Assembly: GCA_032718475.1 (NCBI GenBank)
Contig: JAUCBJ010004823.1
Coordinates: 1-44,019, forward strand
DNA: 44,019 nucleotides
Direction of reading: 5' to 3'
DNA from: Nemertoderma westbladi
Taxonomy: Eukaryota > Animalia > Xenacoelomorpha
Part shown: piece by piece, positions 22,516 through 37,500 of the stretch
Numbering within the stretch: the stretch's first letter is position 1
How the letters are laid out: each line of letters begins with the position of its first letter
Notes under the pieces: model-generated
What the model was told of the DNA's origin: nothing
The model's database searches: none
Seen by the model: the letters and a program-made list of their open reading frames with translations, nothing else
Position numbers and translations under genes: made by a program

Positions 22516-25500
22516 CGAACAGTAGAACAGTAGAGTCCGCCTACCTGCTTTGTAACAATAACATTCATTACGAACAGTTGAGTCCGCCTACCTGCTTTGT
22601 AACAATAACATTCATTACGAACAGTAGAGTCCGCCTACCTGCTTTGTAACAATAACATTCATTACGAACAGTAGAGTCCGCCTACCTGCTTTGTAACAAT
22701 AACATTCATTACGAACAGTAGAGTCCGCCTACCTGCTTTGTAACAATAACATTCATAACGAACAGTAGAGTCCGCCTACCTGCTTTGTAACAATAACATT
22801 CATTACGAACAGTAGAGTCCGCCTACCTGCTTTGTAACAATAACATTCATTACGAACAGTAGAGTCTGCCTACCTGCTTTGTATCAATAACATTCATTAC
22901 GAAAGGTAGAGTCCGTCTACCTGCTTTGTAACAATAACATTTATTACGAACAGTAGAGTCCGCCTACCTGCTTTGTAACAATAACATTCATTACGAAAGG
23001 TAGAGTCCGCCTACCTGCTTTGTAACAATAACGTTCATTACGAACAGTAGAGTCCGCCTACCTGCTTTATGCTGTAACAATAACATTCATTACGAAAGGT
23101 AGAGTCCGCCTACCTGCTTTGTAACAATAACATTCATTACGAACAGTAGAGTCCGCCTAACTGCTTTGTATCAATAACATTCATTACGAACAGTAGAGTC
23201 CGCCTACCTGCTTTGTAACAATAACATTCATTACGAAAGGTACAGTAGAGTCCGCCTACCTGCTTTGTATCAATAACATTCATTACGAAAGGTAGAGTCC
23301 GCCTACCTGCTTTGTAACAATAACATTCATTACGAAAGGTAGAGTCCGCCTACCTGCTTTGTAACAATAACGTTCATTACGAACAGTAGAGTCCGCCTAC
23401 CTGCTTTATGCTGTAACAATAACATTCATTACGAAAGGTAGAGTCCGCCTACCTGCTTTGTAACAATAACATTCATTACGAACAGTAGAGTCCGCCTAAC
23501 TGCTTTGTATCAATAACATTCATTACGAACAGTAGAGTCCTCCTACCTGCTTTGTAACAATAACATTCATTACGAACAGTAGAGTCCGCCTACCTGATTT
23601 GTAACAATAACATTCATTATGAAAGGTAGAGTCCGCCTACCTGCTTTGTAACAATAACATTCATGACGAACAGTAGAGTCTGCCTACCTGATTTGTAAAA
23701 ATAACATTTATTACGAACAGTAGAGTCCGCCTACCTACTTTGTAACAATAACATTCATTACGAAAGGTACAGTAGAGTCCGCCTAACTGCTTTGTAACAA
23801 TAACATTCATTACGAACAGTAGAGTCCGCCTACCTGCTTTGTAACAATAACATTCATGACGAACAGTAGAGTCTGCCTACCTGATTTGTAAAAATAACAT
23901 TTATTACGAACAGTAGAGTCCGCCTACCTGCTTTGTAACAATAACATTCATTACGAACAGTAGAGTCCGCCTACCTGCTTTGTAACAATAATCATTATGA
24001 AAGGTAGAGTCCGCCTACCTGCTTTGTAACAATAACATTCATGACGAACAGTAGAGTCCGCCTACCTGCTTTGTAACAATAACATTCATTACGAAAGGTA
24101 CAGTAGAGTCCGCCTACCTGCTTTGTAACAATAACATTCATGACGAACAGTAGAGTCTGCCTACCTGATTTGTAAAAATAACATTTATTACGAACAGTAG
24201 AGTCCGCATACCTGCTTTGTAACAATAACATTCATTACGAACAGTAGAGTCCGCCTACCTGCTTTGTAACAATAACATTCATTACGAACAGTAGAGTCCG
24301 CCTACCTGCTTTGTAACAATAACATTCATTACGAACAGTAGAGTCCGCCTACCTGCTTTGTAACAATAACATTAATTACGAACAGTAGAGTCCGCCTACC
24401 TACTTTATAACAATAACATTCATTACGAAAGGTACAGTAGAGTCCGCCTACCTGCTTTGTATCAATAACATTCATTACGAACAGTAGAGTCCGCCTACCT
24501 GCTTTGTATCAATAACATTCATGACGAACAGTAGAGTCTGCCTACCTGATTTGTAAAAATAACATATATTACGAACAGTAGAATCTGCCTACCTGCTTTG
24601 TAACAATAACATTCATTATGAAAGGTAGAGTCCGCCTACCTGCTTTGTAACAATAACATTCATTACGAACAGTAGAGTCCGCCTACCTGCTTTGTAACAT
24701 TAACATTCATTACGAAAGGTACAGTAGAGTCCGCCTACCTGCTTTGTATCAATAACATTCATGACGAACAGTAGAGTCTGCCTACCTGATTTGTAAAAAT
24801 AACATTTATTACGAACAGTAGAGTCCGCCTACCTGCTTTGTAACAATAACATTCATTACGAAAGGTACAGTAGAGTCCGCCTACCTGCTTTGTATCAATA
24901 ACATTCATGACGAACAGTAGAGTCTGCCCACCTGATTTGTAAAAATAACATTTATTACGAACAGTAGAGTCCGCCTACCTGCTTTGTAACAATAACATTC
25001 ATTACGAACAGTAGAGTCCGCCTACCTGCTTTGTAACAATAACATTCATGACGAACAGTAGAGTCCGCCTACCTGCTTTGTAACAATAACATTCATTACG
25101 AAAGGTACAGTAGAGTCCGCCTACCTGCTTTGTAACAATAACATTCATTACGAAAGGTAGAGTCCGCCTACCTGCTTTGTAACAATAACATTCATTACGA
25201 ACAGTAGAGTCCGCCTACCTGCTTTGTAACAATAACATTCATTATGAAAGGTAGAGTCCGCCTACCTGCTTTGTAACAATAACATTCATGACGAACAGTA
25301 GAGTCCGCCTACCTGCTTTGTAACAATAACATTCATTACGAAAGGTACAGTAGAGTCCGCCTACCTGCTTTGTATCAATAACATTCATTACGAACAGTAG
25401 AGTCCGCCTACCTGCTTTGTAACAATAACATTCATTACGAACAGTAGAGTCCACCTACCTGCTTTGTAACAATAACATTCATGACGAACAGTAGAGTCCG

Positions 25501-28500
25501 CCTACCTGCTTTGTAACAATAACATTCATTACGAAAGGTACAGTAGAGTCCGCCTACCTGCTTTGTAACAATAACATTCATTACGAACAGTAGAGTACGC
25601 CTACCTGCTTTGTAACAATAACATTCATGACGAACAGTAGAGTCCGCCTACCTGCTTTGTAACAATAACATTCATTACGAAAGGTACAGTAGAGTCCGCC
25701 TACCTGCTTTGTATCAATAACATTCATTACGAACAGTAGAGTCCGCCTACCTGCTTTGTAACAATAACATTCATTACGAACAGTAGAGTCCACCTACCTG
25801 CTTTGTAACAATAACATTCATGACGAACAGTAGAGTCCGCCTACCTGCTTTGTAACAATAACATTCATTACGAAAGGTACAGTAGAGTCCGCCTACCTGC
25901 TTTGTAACAATAACATTCATTACGAACAGTGGAGCCCGTCTACCTGCTTTGTAGCAATAACATTCATTACGAACAGTAGAGTCCGCCTAACTGCTTTGTA
26001 TCAATAACATTCATAACGAACAGTAGAGTCCGCCTACCTACTTTGTAACAATAACATTCATAACGAACAGTAGAGTCCGCCTACCTGCTTTGTAACAATA
26101 ACATTCATTACGAACAGTACAGTAGAGTCCGCCTACCTGCTTTGTAACAATAACATTCATTACGAAAGGTAGAGTCCGCCTACCTACTTTGTAACAATAA
26201 CATTCATTACGAAAGGTACAGTAGAGTCCGCCTACCTGCTTTGTAACAATAACATTCATTAAGAACAGTGGAGCCCGTCTACCTGCTTTGTAGCAATAAC
26301 ATTCATTACGAACAGTAGAGTCCGCCTAACTGCTTTGTATCAATAACATTCATAACGAACAGTAGAGTCCGCCTACCTGCTTTGTAACAATAACATTCAT
26401 TACGAAAGGTAGAGTCCGCCTACCTGATTTGTAACAATAACATTCATTACGAAAGGTAGAGTCCGCCTACCTGCTTTGTAACAATAACATTCATTACGAA
26501 CAGTAGAGTCCACCTACCTGCTTTGTAACAATAACATTCATGACGAACAGTAGAGTCCGCCTACCTACTTTGTAACAATAACATTCATTACAAAAGGTAC
26601 AGTAGAGTCCGCCTACCTGCTTTGTAACAATAACATTCATTACGAAAGGTAGAGTCCGCCTACCTGATTTGTAACAATAACATTCATTACGAAAGGTACA
26701 GTAGAGTCCGCCTACCTGCTTTGTATCAATAACATTCATTACGAACAGTAGAGTCCGCCTACTTGCTTTGTAACAATAACATTCATTACGAACAGTACAG
26801 TAGAGTCCGCCTACCTGCTTTGTATCAATAACATTCATTACGAAAGGTAGAGTCCGCCTACCTGATTTGTAACAATAACATTCATTACGAAAGGTACAGT
26901 AGAGTCCGCCTACCTGCTTTGTATCAATAACATTCATTACGAACAGTAGAGTCCGCCTACCTGCTTTGTAACAATAACATTCATGACGAACAGTAGAGTC
27001 CGCCTACCTACTTTGTAACAATAACATTCATTACGAAAGGTACAGTAGAGTCCGCCTACCTGCTTTGTAACAATAACATTTATTACGAACAGTAGAGTCC
27101 GCCTACCTGCTTTGTAACAATAGCATTCATTACGAACAGTAGAGTCCGCCTACCTGATTTGTAAAAATAACATTTATTACGAACAGTAGAGTCTGCCTAC
27201 CTGATTTGTAACAATAACATTCATTACGAACAGTAGAGTCCGCCTACCTGCTTTGTAACAATAACATTCATTACGAAAGGTACAGTAGAGTCCGCCTACC
27301 TGATTTGTAAAAATAACATTTATTACGAACAGTAGAGTCTGCCTACGTGATTTGTAACAATAACATTCATTACGAACAGTAGAGTCCGCCTACCTGCTTT
27401 GTAATAATAACATTCATTACGAAAGGTACAGTAGAGTCCGCCTACCTGATTTGTAAAAATAACATTTATTACGAACAGTAGAGTCTGCCTACCTGATTTG
27501 TAACAATAACATTCATTACGAACAGTAGAGTCCGCCTACCTGCTTTGTAACAATAACATTCATTACGAACAGTAGAGTCCGCCTACCTGCTTTGTAACAA
27601 TAACATTCATTACGAACAGTAGAGTCCGCCTACCTGCTTTGTAACAATAACATTCATTACGAAAGGTACAGTAGAGTCCGCCTACCTGATTTGTAAAAAT
27701 AACATTTATTACGAACAGTAGAGTCTGCCTACCTGATTTGTAACAATAACATTCATTACGAACAGTAGAGTCCGCCTACCTGCTTTGTAACAATAACATT
27801 CATTACGAAAGGTACAGTAGAGTCCGCCTACCTGCTTTGTAACAATAACATTCATTACGAACAGTAGAGTCCGCCTACCTGCTTTGTAACAATAACATTC
27901 ATTACGAACAGTAGAGTCCGCCTACCTGCTTTGTAACAATAACATTCATTACGAACAGTAGAGTCCGCCTACCTGCTTTGTAACAATAACATTCATTACG
28001 AACAGTAGAGTCCGCCTACCTGCTTTGTAACAATAACATTCATTACGAAAGGTACAGTAGAGTCCGCCTACCTGATTTGTAAAAATAACATTTATTACGA
28101 ACAGTAGAGTCTGCCTACCTGATTTGTAACAATAACATTCATTACGAACAGTAGAGTCCGCCTACCTGCTTTGTAACAATAACATTCATTACGAAAGGTA
28201 CAGTAGAGTCCGCCTACCTGCTTTGTAACAATAACATTTATTACGAACAGTAGAGTCTGCCTACCTGCTTTGTAACAATAACATTCATTACGAACAGTAG
28301 AGTCCGCCTACCTGCTTTGTAACAATAACATTCATTACGAACAGTAGAGTCCGCCTACCTGCTTTGTAACAATAACATTCATTACGAACAGTAGAGTCCG
28401 CCTACCTGCTTTGTAACAATAACATTCATTACGAACAGTAGAGTCCGCCTACCTGCTTTGTAACAATAACATTCATTACGAACAGTAGAGTCCGCCTACC

Positions 28501-31500
28501 TGCTTTGTAACAATAACATTCATTACGAACAGTAGAGTCCGCCTAACTGCTTTGTAACAATAACATTCATTACGAACAGTAGAGTCCGCCTACCTGCTTT
28601 GTAACAATAACATTCATTACGAACAGTAGAGTCCGCCTAACTGCTTTGTATCAATAACATTCATAACGAACAGTAGAGTCCGCCTACCTGCTTTGTAACA
28701 ATAACATTCATTACGAAAGGTAGAGTCCGCCTACCTGCTTTGTAACAATAATGTTCATTACGAACAGTAGAGTCCGCCTACCTGCTTTGTAACAATAACA
28801 TTCATTACGAACAGTAGAGTCCGCCTACCTACTTTGTAACAATAACATTCATTACGAAAGGTAGAGTCCGCCTACCTGCTTTGTAACAATAATGTTCATT
28901 ACGAACAGTAGAGTCCGCCTACCTGCTTTGTAACAATAACATTCATTACGAACAGTAGATTCCGCCTACCTGCTTTGTAACAATAACATTCATTACGAAA
29001 GGTAGAGTCCGCCTACATGGTTTGTAACAATAACATTCATTACGAACAGTAGAATCCGCCTAACTGCTTTGTAACAATAACATTCATGACGAACAGTAGA
29101 GTCCGCCTACCTGCTTTGTAACAATAACATTCATTACGAAAGGTAGAGTCCGCCTACCTGCTTTGTAACAATAATGTTCATTACGAACAGTAGAGTCCGC
29201 CTACCTGCTTTGTAACAATAATGTTCATTACGAACAGTAGAGTCCGCCCACCTGCTTTGTAACAATAATGTTCATTACGAACAGTAGAGTCCGCCTACCT
29301 GCTTTGTATCAATAACATTCATTACGAACAGTAGAGTCCGCCTACCTGCTTTGTAACAATAATGTTCATTACGAACAGTAGAGTCCGCCTACCTGCTTTG
29401 TAACAATAACATTCATTACGAACAGTAGATTCCGCCTACCTGCTTTGTAACAATAACATTCATTACGAAAGGTAGAGTCCGCCTACATGGTTTGTAACAA
29501 TAACATTCATTACGAACAGTAGAATCCGCCTAACTGCTTTGTAACAATAACATTCATGACGAACAGTAGAGTCCGCCTACCTGCTTTGTAACAATAACAT
29601 TCATTACGAACAGTAGATTCCGCCTACCTGCTTTGTAACAATAACATTCATTACGAAAGGTAGAGTCCGCCTACCTGCTTTGTAACAATACATTCATTAC
29701 GAACAGTAGAGTCTGCCTACCTGATTTGTAACAATAACATTCATTACGAACAGTAGAGTCCGCCTACCTGCTTTGTAACAATAACATTCATTACGAACAG
29801 TAGATTCCGCCTACCTGCTTTGTAACAATAACATTCATTACGAACAGTAGAGTCCTCCTACCTGCTTTGTAACAATAACATTCATTACGAACAGTAGATT
29901 CCGCCTACCTGCTTTGTAACAATAACATTCATTACGAAAGGTAGAGTCCGCCTACCTGCTTTGTAACAATAACATTCATTACGAACAGTAGAGTCCGCCT
30001 ACCTGCTTTGTAACAATAACATTCATTACGAACAGTAGATTCCGCCTACCTGCTTTGTAACAATAACATTCATTACGAAAGGTAGAGTCCGCCTACATGG
30101 TTTGTATCAATAACATTCATTACGAACAGTAGAGTCCGCCTACCTGCTTTGTAACAATAACATTCATTACGAAAGGTAGAGTCCGCCTACCTGCTTTGTA
30201 ACAATAACATTCATTACGAACAGTAGAGTCCGCCTACCTGCTTTGTAACAATAACATTCATTACGAACAGTAGATTCCGCCTACCTGCTTTGTAACAATA
30301 ACATTCATTACGAAAGGTAGAGTAGAGTCCGCCTACCTGCTTTGTAACAATAACATTCATTATGAAAGGTAGAGTCCGCCTACCTGCTTTGTAACAATAA
30401 CATTCATTATGAAAGGTAGAGTCCGCCTACATGGTTTGTATCAATAACATTCATTACGAACAGTAGAGTCCGCCTACCTGCTTTGTAACAATAACATTCA
30501 TTACGAACAGTAGAGTCCGCCTACCTGCTTTGTAACAATAACATTCATTACGAACAGTAGAGTCCGCCTACCTGCTTTGTAACAATAACATTCATTACGA
30601 ACAGTAGAGTCCGCCTACCTGCTTTGTAACAATAACATTCATTACGAACAGTAGATTCCGCCTACCTGCTTTGTAACAATAACATTCATTACGAAAGGTA
30701 GAGTCCGCCTACATGGTTTGTATCAATAACATTCATTACGAACAGTAGAGTCCGCCTACCTGCTTTGTAACAATAACATTCATTACGAAAGGTAGAGTCC
30801 GCCTACCTGCTTTGTAACAATAACATTCATTACGAACAGTAGATTCCGCCTACCTGCTTTGTAACAATAACATTCATTACGAAAGGTAGAGTCCGCCTAC
30901 CTGCTTTGTAACAATAACATTCATTACGAACAGTAGAGTCCGCCTACCTGCTTTGTAACAATAACATTCATTACGAACAGTAGAGTCCGCCTACCTGCTT
31001 TGTAACAATAACATTCATTACGAAAGGTAGAGTCCGCCTACCTGCTTTGTAACAATAACATTCATTACGAACAGTAGATTCCGCCTACCTGCTTTGTAAC
31101 AATAACATTCATTACGAAAGGTAGATTCCGCCTACCTGCTTTGTAACAATAACATTCATTACGAACAGTAGAGTCCGCCTAACTGCTTTGTATCAATAAC
31201 ATTCATTACGAACAGTAGAGTCCTCCTACCTGCTTTGTAACAATAACATTCATTACGAACAGTAGAGTCCGCCTACCTGCTTTGTAACAATAACATTCAT
31301 TACGAAAGGTAGAGTCCGCCTACCTGCTTTGTAACAATAACATTCATTACGAAAGGTAGAGTCCGCCTAACTGCTTTGTATCAATAACATTCATTACGAA
31401 AGGTAGAGTCCGCCTACATGGTTTGTATCAATAACATTCATTACGAACAGTAGAGTCCGCCTACCTGCTTTGTAACAATAACATTCATTACGAAAGGTAG

Positions 31501-34500
31501 AGTCCGCCTACCTGCTTTGTAACAATAACATTCATTACGAAAGGTAGAGTCCGCCTACATGGTTTGTATCAATAACATTCATTACGAACAGTAGAGTCCG
31601 CCTACCTGCTTTGTAACAATAACATTCATGACGAACAGTAGAGTCCGCCTACCTGCTTTGTAACAATAACATTCATTACGAACAGTAGATTCCGCCTACC
31701 TGCTTTGTAACAATAACATTCATTACGAACAGTAGAGTCCGCCTACCTGCTTTGTAACAATAACATTCATTACGAACAGTAGAGTCCGCCTACCTGCTTT
31801 GTAACAATAACATTCATTACGAACAGTTGAGTCCGCCTACCTGCTTTGTAACAATAACATTCATTACGAACAGTAGATTCCGCCTACCTGCTTTGTAACA
31901 ATAACATTCATTACGAACAGTAGAGTCCGCCTACCTGCTTTGTAACAATAACATTCATTACGAACAGTAGATTCCGCCTACCTGCTTTGTAACAATAACA
32001 TTCATTACGAACAGTAGATTCCGCCTACCTGCTTTGTAACAATAACATTCATTACGAACAGTAGAGTCCGCCTACCTGCTTTGTAACAATAACATTCATT
32101 ACGAACAGTTGAGTCCGCCTACCTGCTTTGTAACAATAACATTCATTACGAACAGTAGATTCCGCCTACCTGCTTTGTAACAATAACATTCATTACGAAC
32201 AGTAGAGTCCGCCTACCTGCTTTGTAACAATAACATTCATTACGAACAGTAGATTCCGCCTACCTGCTTTGTAACAATAACATTCATTACGAACAGTTGA
32301 GTCCGCCTACCTGCTTTGTAACAATAACATTCATTACGAACAGTAGATTCCGCCTACCTGCTTTGTAACAATAACATTCATTACGAACAGTAGATTCCGC
32401 CTACCTGCTTTGTAACAATAACATTCATTACGAACAGTAGATTCCGCCTACCTGCTTTGTAACAATAACATTCATTACGAACAGTAGATTCCGCCTACCT
32501 GCTTTGTAACAATAACATTCATTACGAACAGTAGAGTCCGCCTACCTGCTTTGTAACAATAACATTCATTACGAACAGTTGAGTCCGCCTACCTGCTTTG
32601 TAACAATAACATTCATTACGAACAGTAGATTCCGCCTACCTGCTTTGTAACAATAACATTCATTACGAACAGTAGATTCCGCCTACCTGCTTTGTAACAA
32701 TAACATTCATTACGAACAGTAGATTCCGCCTACCTGCTTTGTAACAATAACATTCATTACGAACAGTAGAGTCCGCCTACCTGCTTTGTAACAATAACAT
32801 TCATTACGAACAGTAGAGTCCGCCTACCTGCTTTGTAACAATAACATTCATTACGAACAGTAGATTCCGCCTACCTGCTTTGTAACAATAACATTCATTA
32901 CGAACAGTAGATTCCGCCTACCTGCTTTGTAACAATAACATTCATTACGAACAGTAGATTCCGCCTACCTGCTTTGTAACAATAACATTCATTACGAACA
33001 GTAGATTCCGCCTACCTGCTTTGTAACAATAACATTCATTACGAACAGTAGAGTCCGCCTACCTGCTTTGTAACAATAACATTCATTACGAACAGTAGAG
33101 TCCGCCTACCTGCTTTGTAACAATAACATTCATTACGAACAGTAGAGTCCGCCTACCTGCTTTGTAACAATAACATTTATTACGAACAGTAGATTCCGCC
33201 TACCTGCTTTGTAACAATAACATTCATTACGAACAGTAGATTCCGCCTACCTGCTTTGTAACAATAACATTCATTGCGAACAGTAGAGTCCGCCTACCTG
33301 CTTTGTAACAATAACATTCATTACGAACAGTAGAGTCCGCCTACCTGCTTTGTATCAATAACATTCATTACGAACAGTAGATTCCGCCTACCTGATTTGT
33401 AAAAATAACATTCATGACGAACAGTAGAGTCCTCCTACCTGCTTTGTAACAATAACATTCATTACGAACAGTAGAGTCCGCCTACCTGCTTTGTAACAAT
33501 AACATTCATTACGAACAGTAGAGTCCGCCTACCTGCTTTGTAACAATAACATTCATTACGAACAGTAGAGTCCGCCTACCTGCTTTGTAACAATAACATT
33601 CATTACGAACAGTAGATTCCGCCTACCTGCTTTGTAACAATAACATTCATTACGAACAGTAGAGTCCGCCTACCTGCTTTGTAACAATAACATTCATTAC
33701 GAACAGTAGATTCCGCCTACCTGCTTTGTAACAATAACATTCATTACGAACAGTAGAGTCCGCCTACCTGCTTTGTAACAATAACATTCATTACGAACAG
33801 TAGAGTCCGCCTACCTGCTTTGTAACAATAACATTCATTACGAACAGTAGATTCCGCCTACCTGCTTTGTAACAATAACATTCATTACGAACAGTAGAGT
33901 CCGCCTACCTGCTTTGTAACAATAACATTCATTACGAACAGTAGAGTCCGCCTACCTGCTTTGTATCAATAACATTCATGACGAACAGTAGAGTCCGCCT
34001 ACCTGATTTGTATCAATAACATTCATGACGAACAGTAGAGTCCGCCTACCTGCTTTGTATCAATAACATTCATGACGAACAGTAGAGTCCGCCTACCTGC
34101 TTTGTATCAATAACATTCATGACGAACAGTAGAGTCCGCCTACCTGCTTTGTAACAATAACATTCATTACGAACAGTAGATTCCGCCTACCTGCTTTGTA
34201 ACAATAACATTCATTACGAACAGTAGAGTCCGCCTACCTGCTTTGTATCAATAACATTCATGACGAACAGTAGAGTCCGCCTACCTGCTTTGTATCAATA
34301 ACATTCATGACGAACAGTAGAGTCCGCCTACCTGCTTTGTAACAATAACATTCATTACGAACAGTAGAGTCCGCCTACCTGCTTTGTAACAATAACATTC
34401 ATTACGAACAGTAGAGTCCGCCTACCTGCTTTGTAACAATAACATTTATTACGAACAGTAGATTCCGCCTACCTGCTTTGTAACAATAACATTCATTACG

Positions 34501-37500
34501 AACAGTAGATTCCGCCTACCTGCTTTGTAACAATAACATTCATTGCGAACAGTAGAGTCCGCCTACCTGCTTTGTAACAATAACATTCATTACGAACAGT
34601 AGATTCCGCCTACCTGCTTTGTAACAATAACATTCATTACGAACAGTAGATTCCGCCTACCTGCTTTGTAACAATAACATTCATTACGAACAGTAGATTC
34701 CGCCTACCTGCTTTGTAACAATAACATTCATTACGAACAGTAGAGTCCGCCTACCTGCTTTGTAACAATAACATTCATTACGAACAGTTGAGTCCGCCTA
34801 CCTGCTTTGTAACAATAACATTCATTACGAACAGTAGATTCCGCCTACCTGCTTTGTAACAATAACATTCATTACGAACAGTAGATTCCGCCTACCTGCT
34901 TTGTAACAATAACATTCATTACGAACAGTAGATTCCGCCTACCTGCTTTGTAACAATAACATTCATTACGAACAGTAGAGTCCGCCTACCTGCTTTGTAA
35001 CAATAACATTCATTACGAACAGTAGAGTCCGCCTACCTGCTTTGTAACAATAACATTCATTACGAACAGTAGATTCCGCCTACCTGCTTTGTAACAATAA
35101 CATTCATTACGAACAGTAGATTCCGCCTACCTGCTTTGTAACAATAACATTCATTACGAACAGTAGATTCCGCCTACCTGCTTTGTAACAATAACATTCA
35201 TTACGAACAGTAGATTCCGCCTACCTGCTTTGTAACAATAACATTCATTACGAACAGTAGAGTCCGCCTACCTGCTTTGTAACAATAACATTCATTACGA
35301 ACAGTAGAGTCCGCCTACCTGCTTTGTAACAATAACATTCATTACGAACAGTAGAGTCCGCCTACCTGCTTTGTAACAATAACATTTATTACGAACAGTA
35401 GATTCCGCCTACCTGCTTTGTAACAATAACATTCATTACGAACAGTAGATTCCGCCTACCTGCTTTGTAACAATAACATTCATTGCGAACAGTAGAGTCC
35501 GCCTACCTGCTTTGTAACAATAACATTCATTACGAACAGTAGAGTCCGCCTACCTGCTTTGTATCAATAACATTCATTACGAACAGTAGATTCCGCCTAC
35601 CTGATTTGTAAAAATAACATTCATGACGAACAGTAGAGTCCTCCTACCTGCTTTGTAACAATAACATTCATTACGAACAGTAGAGTCCGCCTACCTGCTT
35701 TGTAACAATAACATTCATTACGAACAGTAGAGTCCGCCTACCTGCTTTGTAACAATAACATTCATTACGAACAGTAGAGTCCGCCTACCTGCTTTGTAAC
35801 AATAACATTCATTACGAACAGTAGATTCCGCCTACCTGCTTTGTAACAATAACATTCATTACGAACAGTAGAGTCCGCCTACCTGCTTTGTAACAATAAC
35901 ATTCATTACGAACAGTAGATTCCGCCTACCTGCTTTGTAACAATAACATTCATTACGAACAGTAGAGTCCGCCTACCTGCTTTGTAACAATAACATTCAT
36001 TACGAACAGTAGAGTCCGCCTACCTGCTTTGTAACAATAACATTCATTACGAACAGTAGATTCCGCCTACCTGCTTTGTAACAATAACATTCATTACGAA
36101 CAGTAGAGTCCGCCTACCTGCTTTGTAACAATAACATTCATTACGAACAGTAGAGTCCGCCTACCTGCTTTGTATCAATAACATTCATGACGAACAGTAG
36201 AGTCCGCCTACCTGATTTGTATCAATAACATTCATGACGAACAGTAGAGTCCGCCTACCTGCTTTGTATCAATAACATTCATGACGAACAGTAGAGTCCG
36301 CCTACCTGCTTTGTATCAATAACATTCATGACGAACAGTAGAGTCCGCCTACCTGCTTTGTAACAATAACATTCATTACGAACAGTAGATTCCGCCTACC
36401 TGCTTTGTAACAATAACATTCATTACGAACAGTAGAGTCCGCCTACCTGCTTTGTATCAATAACATTCATGACGAACAGTAGAGTCCGCCTACCTGCTTT
36501 GTATCAATAACATTCATGACGAACAGTAGAGTCCGCCTACCTGCTTTGTAACAATAACATTCATTACGAACAGTAGAGTCCGCCTACCTGCTTTGTAACA
36601 ATAACATTCATTACGAACAGTAGAGTCCGCCTACCTGCTTTGTAACAATAACATTTATTACGAACAGTAGATTCCGCCTACCTGCTTTGTAACAATAACA
36701 TTCATTACGAACAGTAGATTCCGCCTACCTGCTTTGTAACAATAACATTCATTGCGAACAGTAGAGTCCGCCTACCTGCTTTGTAACAATAACATTCATT
36801 ACGAACAGTAGAGTCCGCCTACCTGCTTTGTATCAATAACATTCATTACGAACAGTAGATTCCGCCTACCTGATTTGTAAAAATAACATTCATGACGAAC
36901 AGTAGAGTCCTCCTACCTGCTTTGTAACAATAACATTCATTACGAACAGTAGAGTCCGCCTACCTGCTTTGTAACAATAACATTCATTACGAACAGTAGA
37001 GTCCGCCTACCTGCTTTGTAACAATAACATTCATTACGAACAGTAGAGTCCGCCTACCTGCTTTGTAACAATAACATTCATTACGAACAGTAGATTCCGC
37101 CTACCTGCTTTGTAACAATAACATTCATTACGAACAGTAGAGTCCGCCTACCTGCTTTGTAACAATAACATTCATTACGAACAGTAGATTCCGCCTACCT
37201 GCTTTGTAACAATAACATTCATTACGAACAGTAGAGTCCGCCTACCTGCTTTGTAACAATAACATTCATTACGAACAGTAGAGTCCGCCTACCTGCTTTG
37301 TAACAATAACATTCATTACGAACAGTAGATTCCGCCTACCTGCTTTGTAACAATAACATTCATTACGAACAGTAGAGTCCGCCTACCTGCTTTGTAACAA
37401 TAACATTCATTACGAACAGTAGAGTCCGCCTACCTGCTTTGTATCAATAACATTCATGACGAACAGTAGAGTCCGCCTACCTGATTTGTATCAATAACAT

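Noticed and set aside
23995-26937. Short minus-strand ORFs inside the 47-bp satellite
   Set aside because: They arise from 47/52-bp unit combinations that skip stops, cycle through frames and show no domain.
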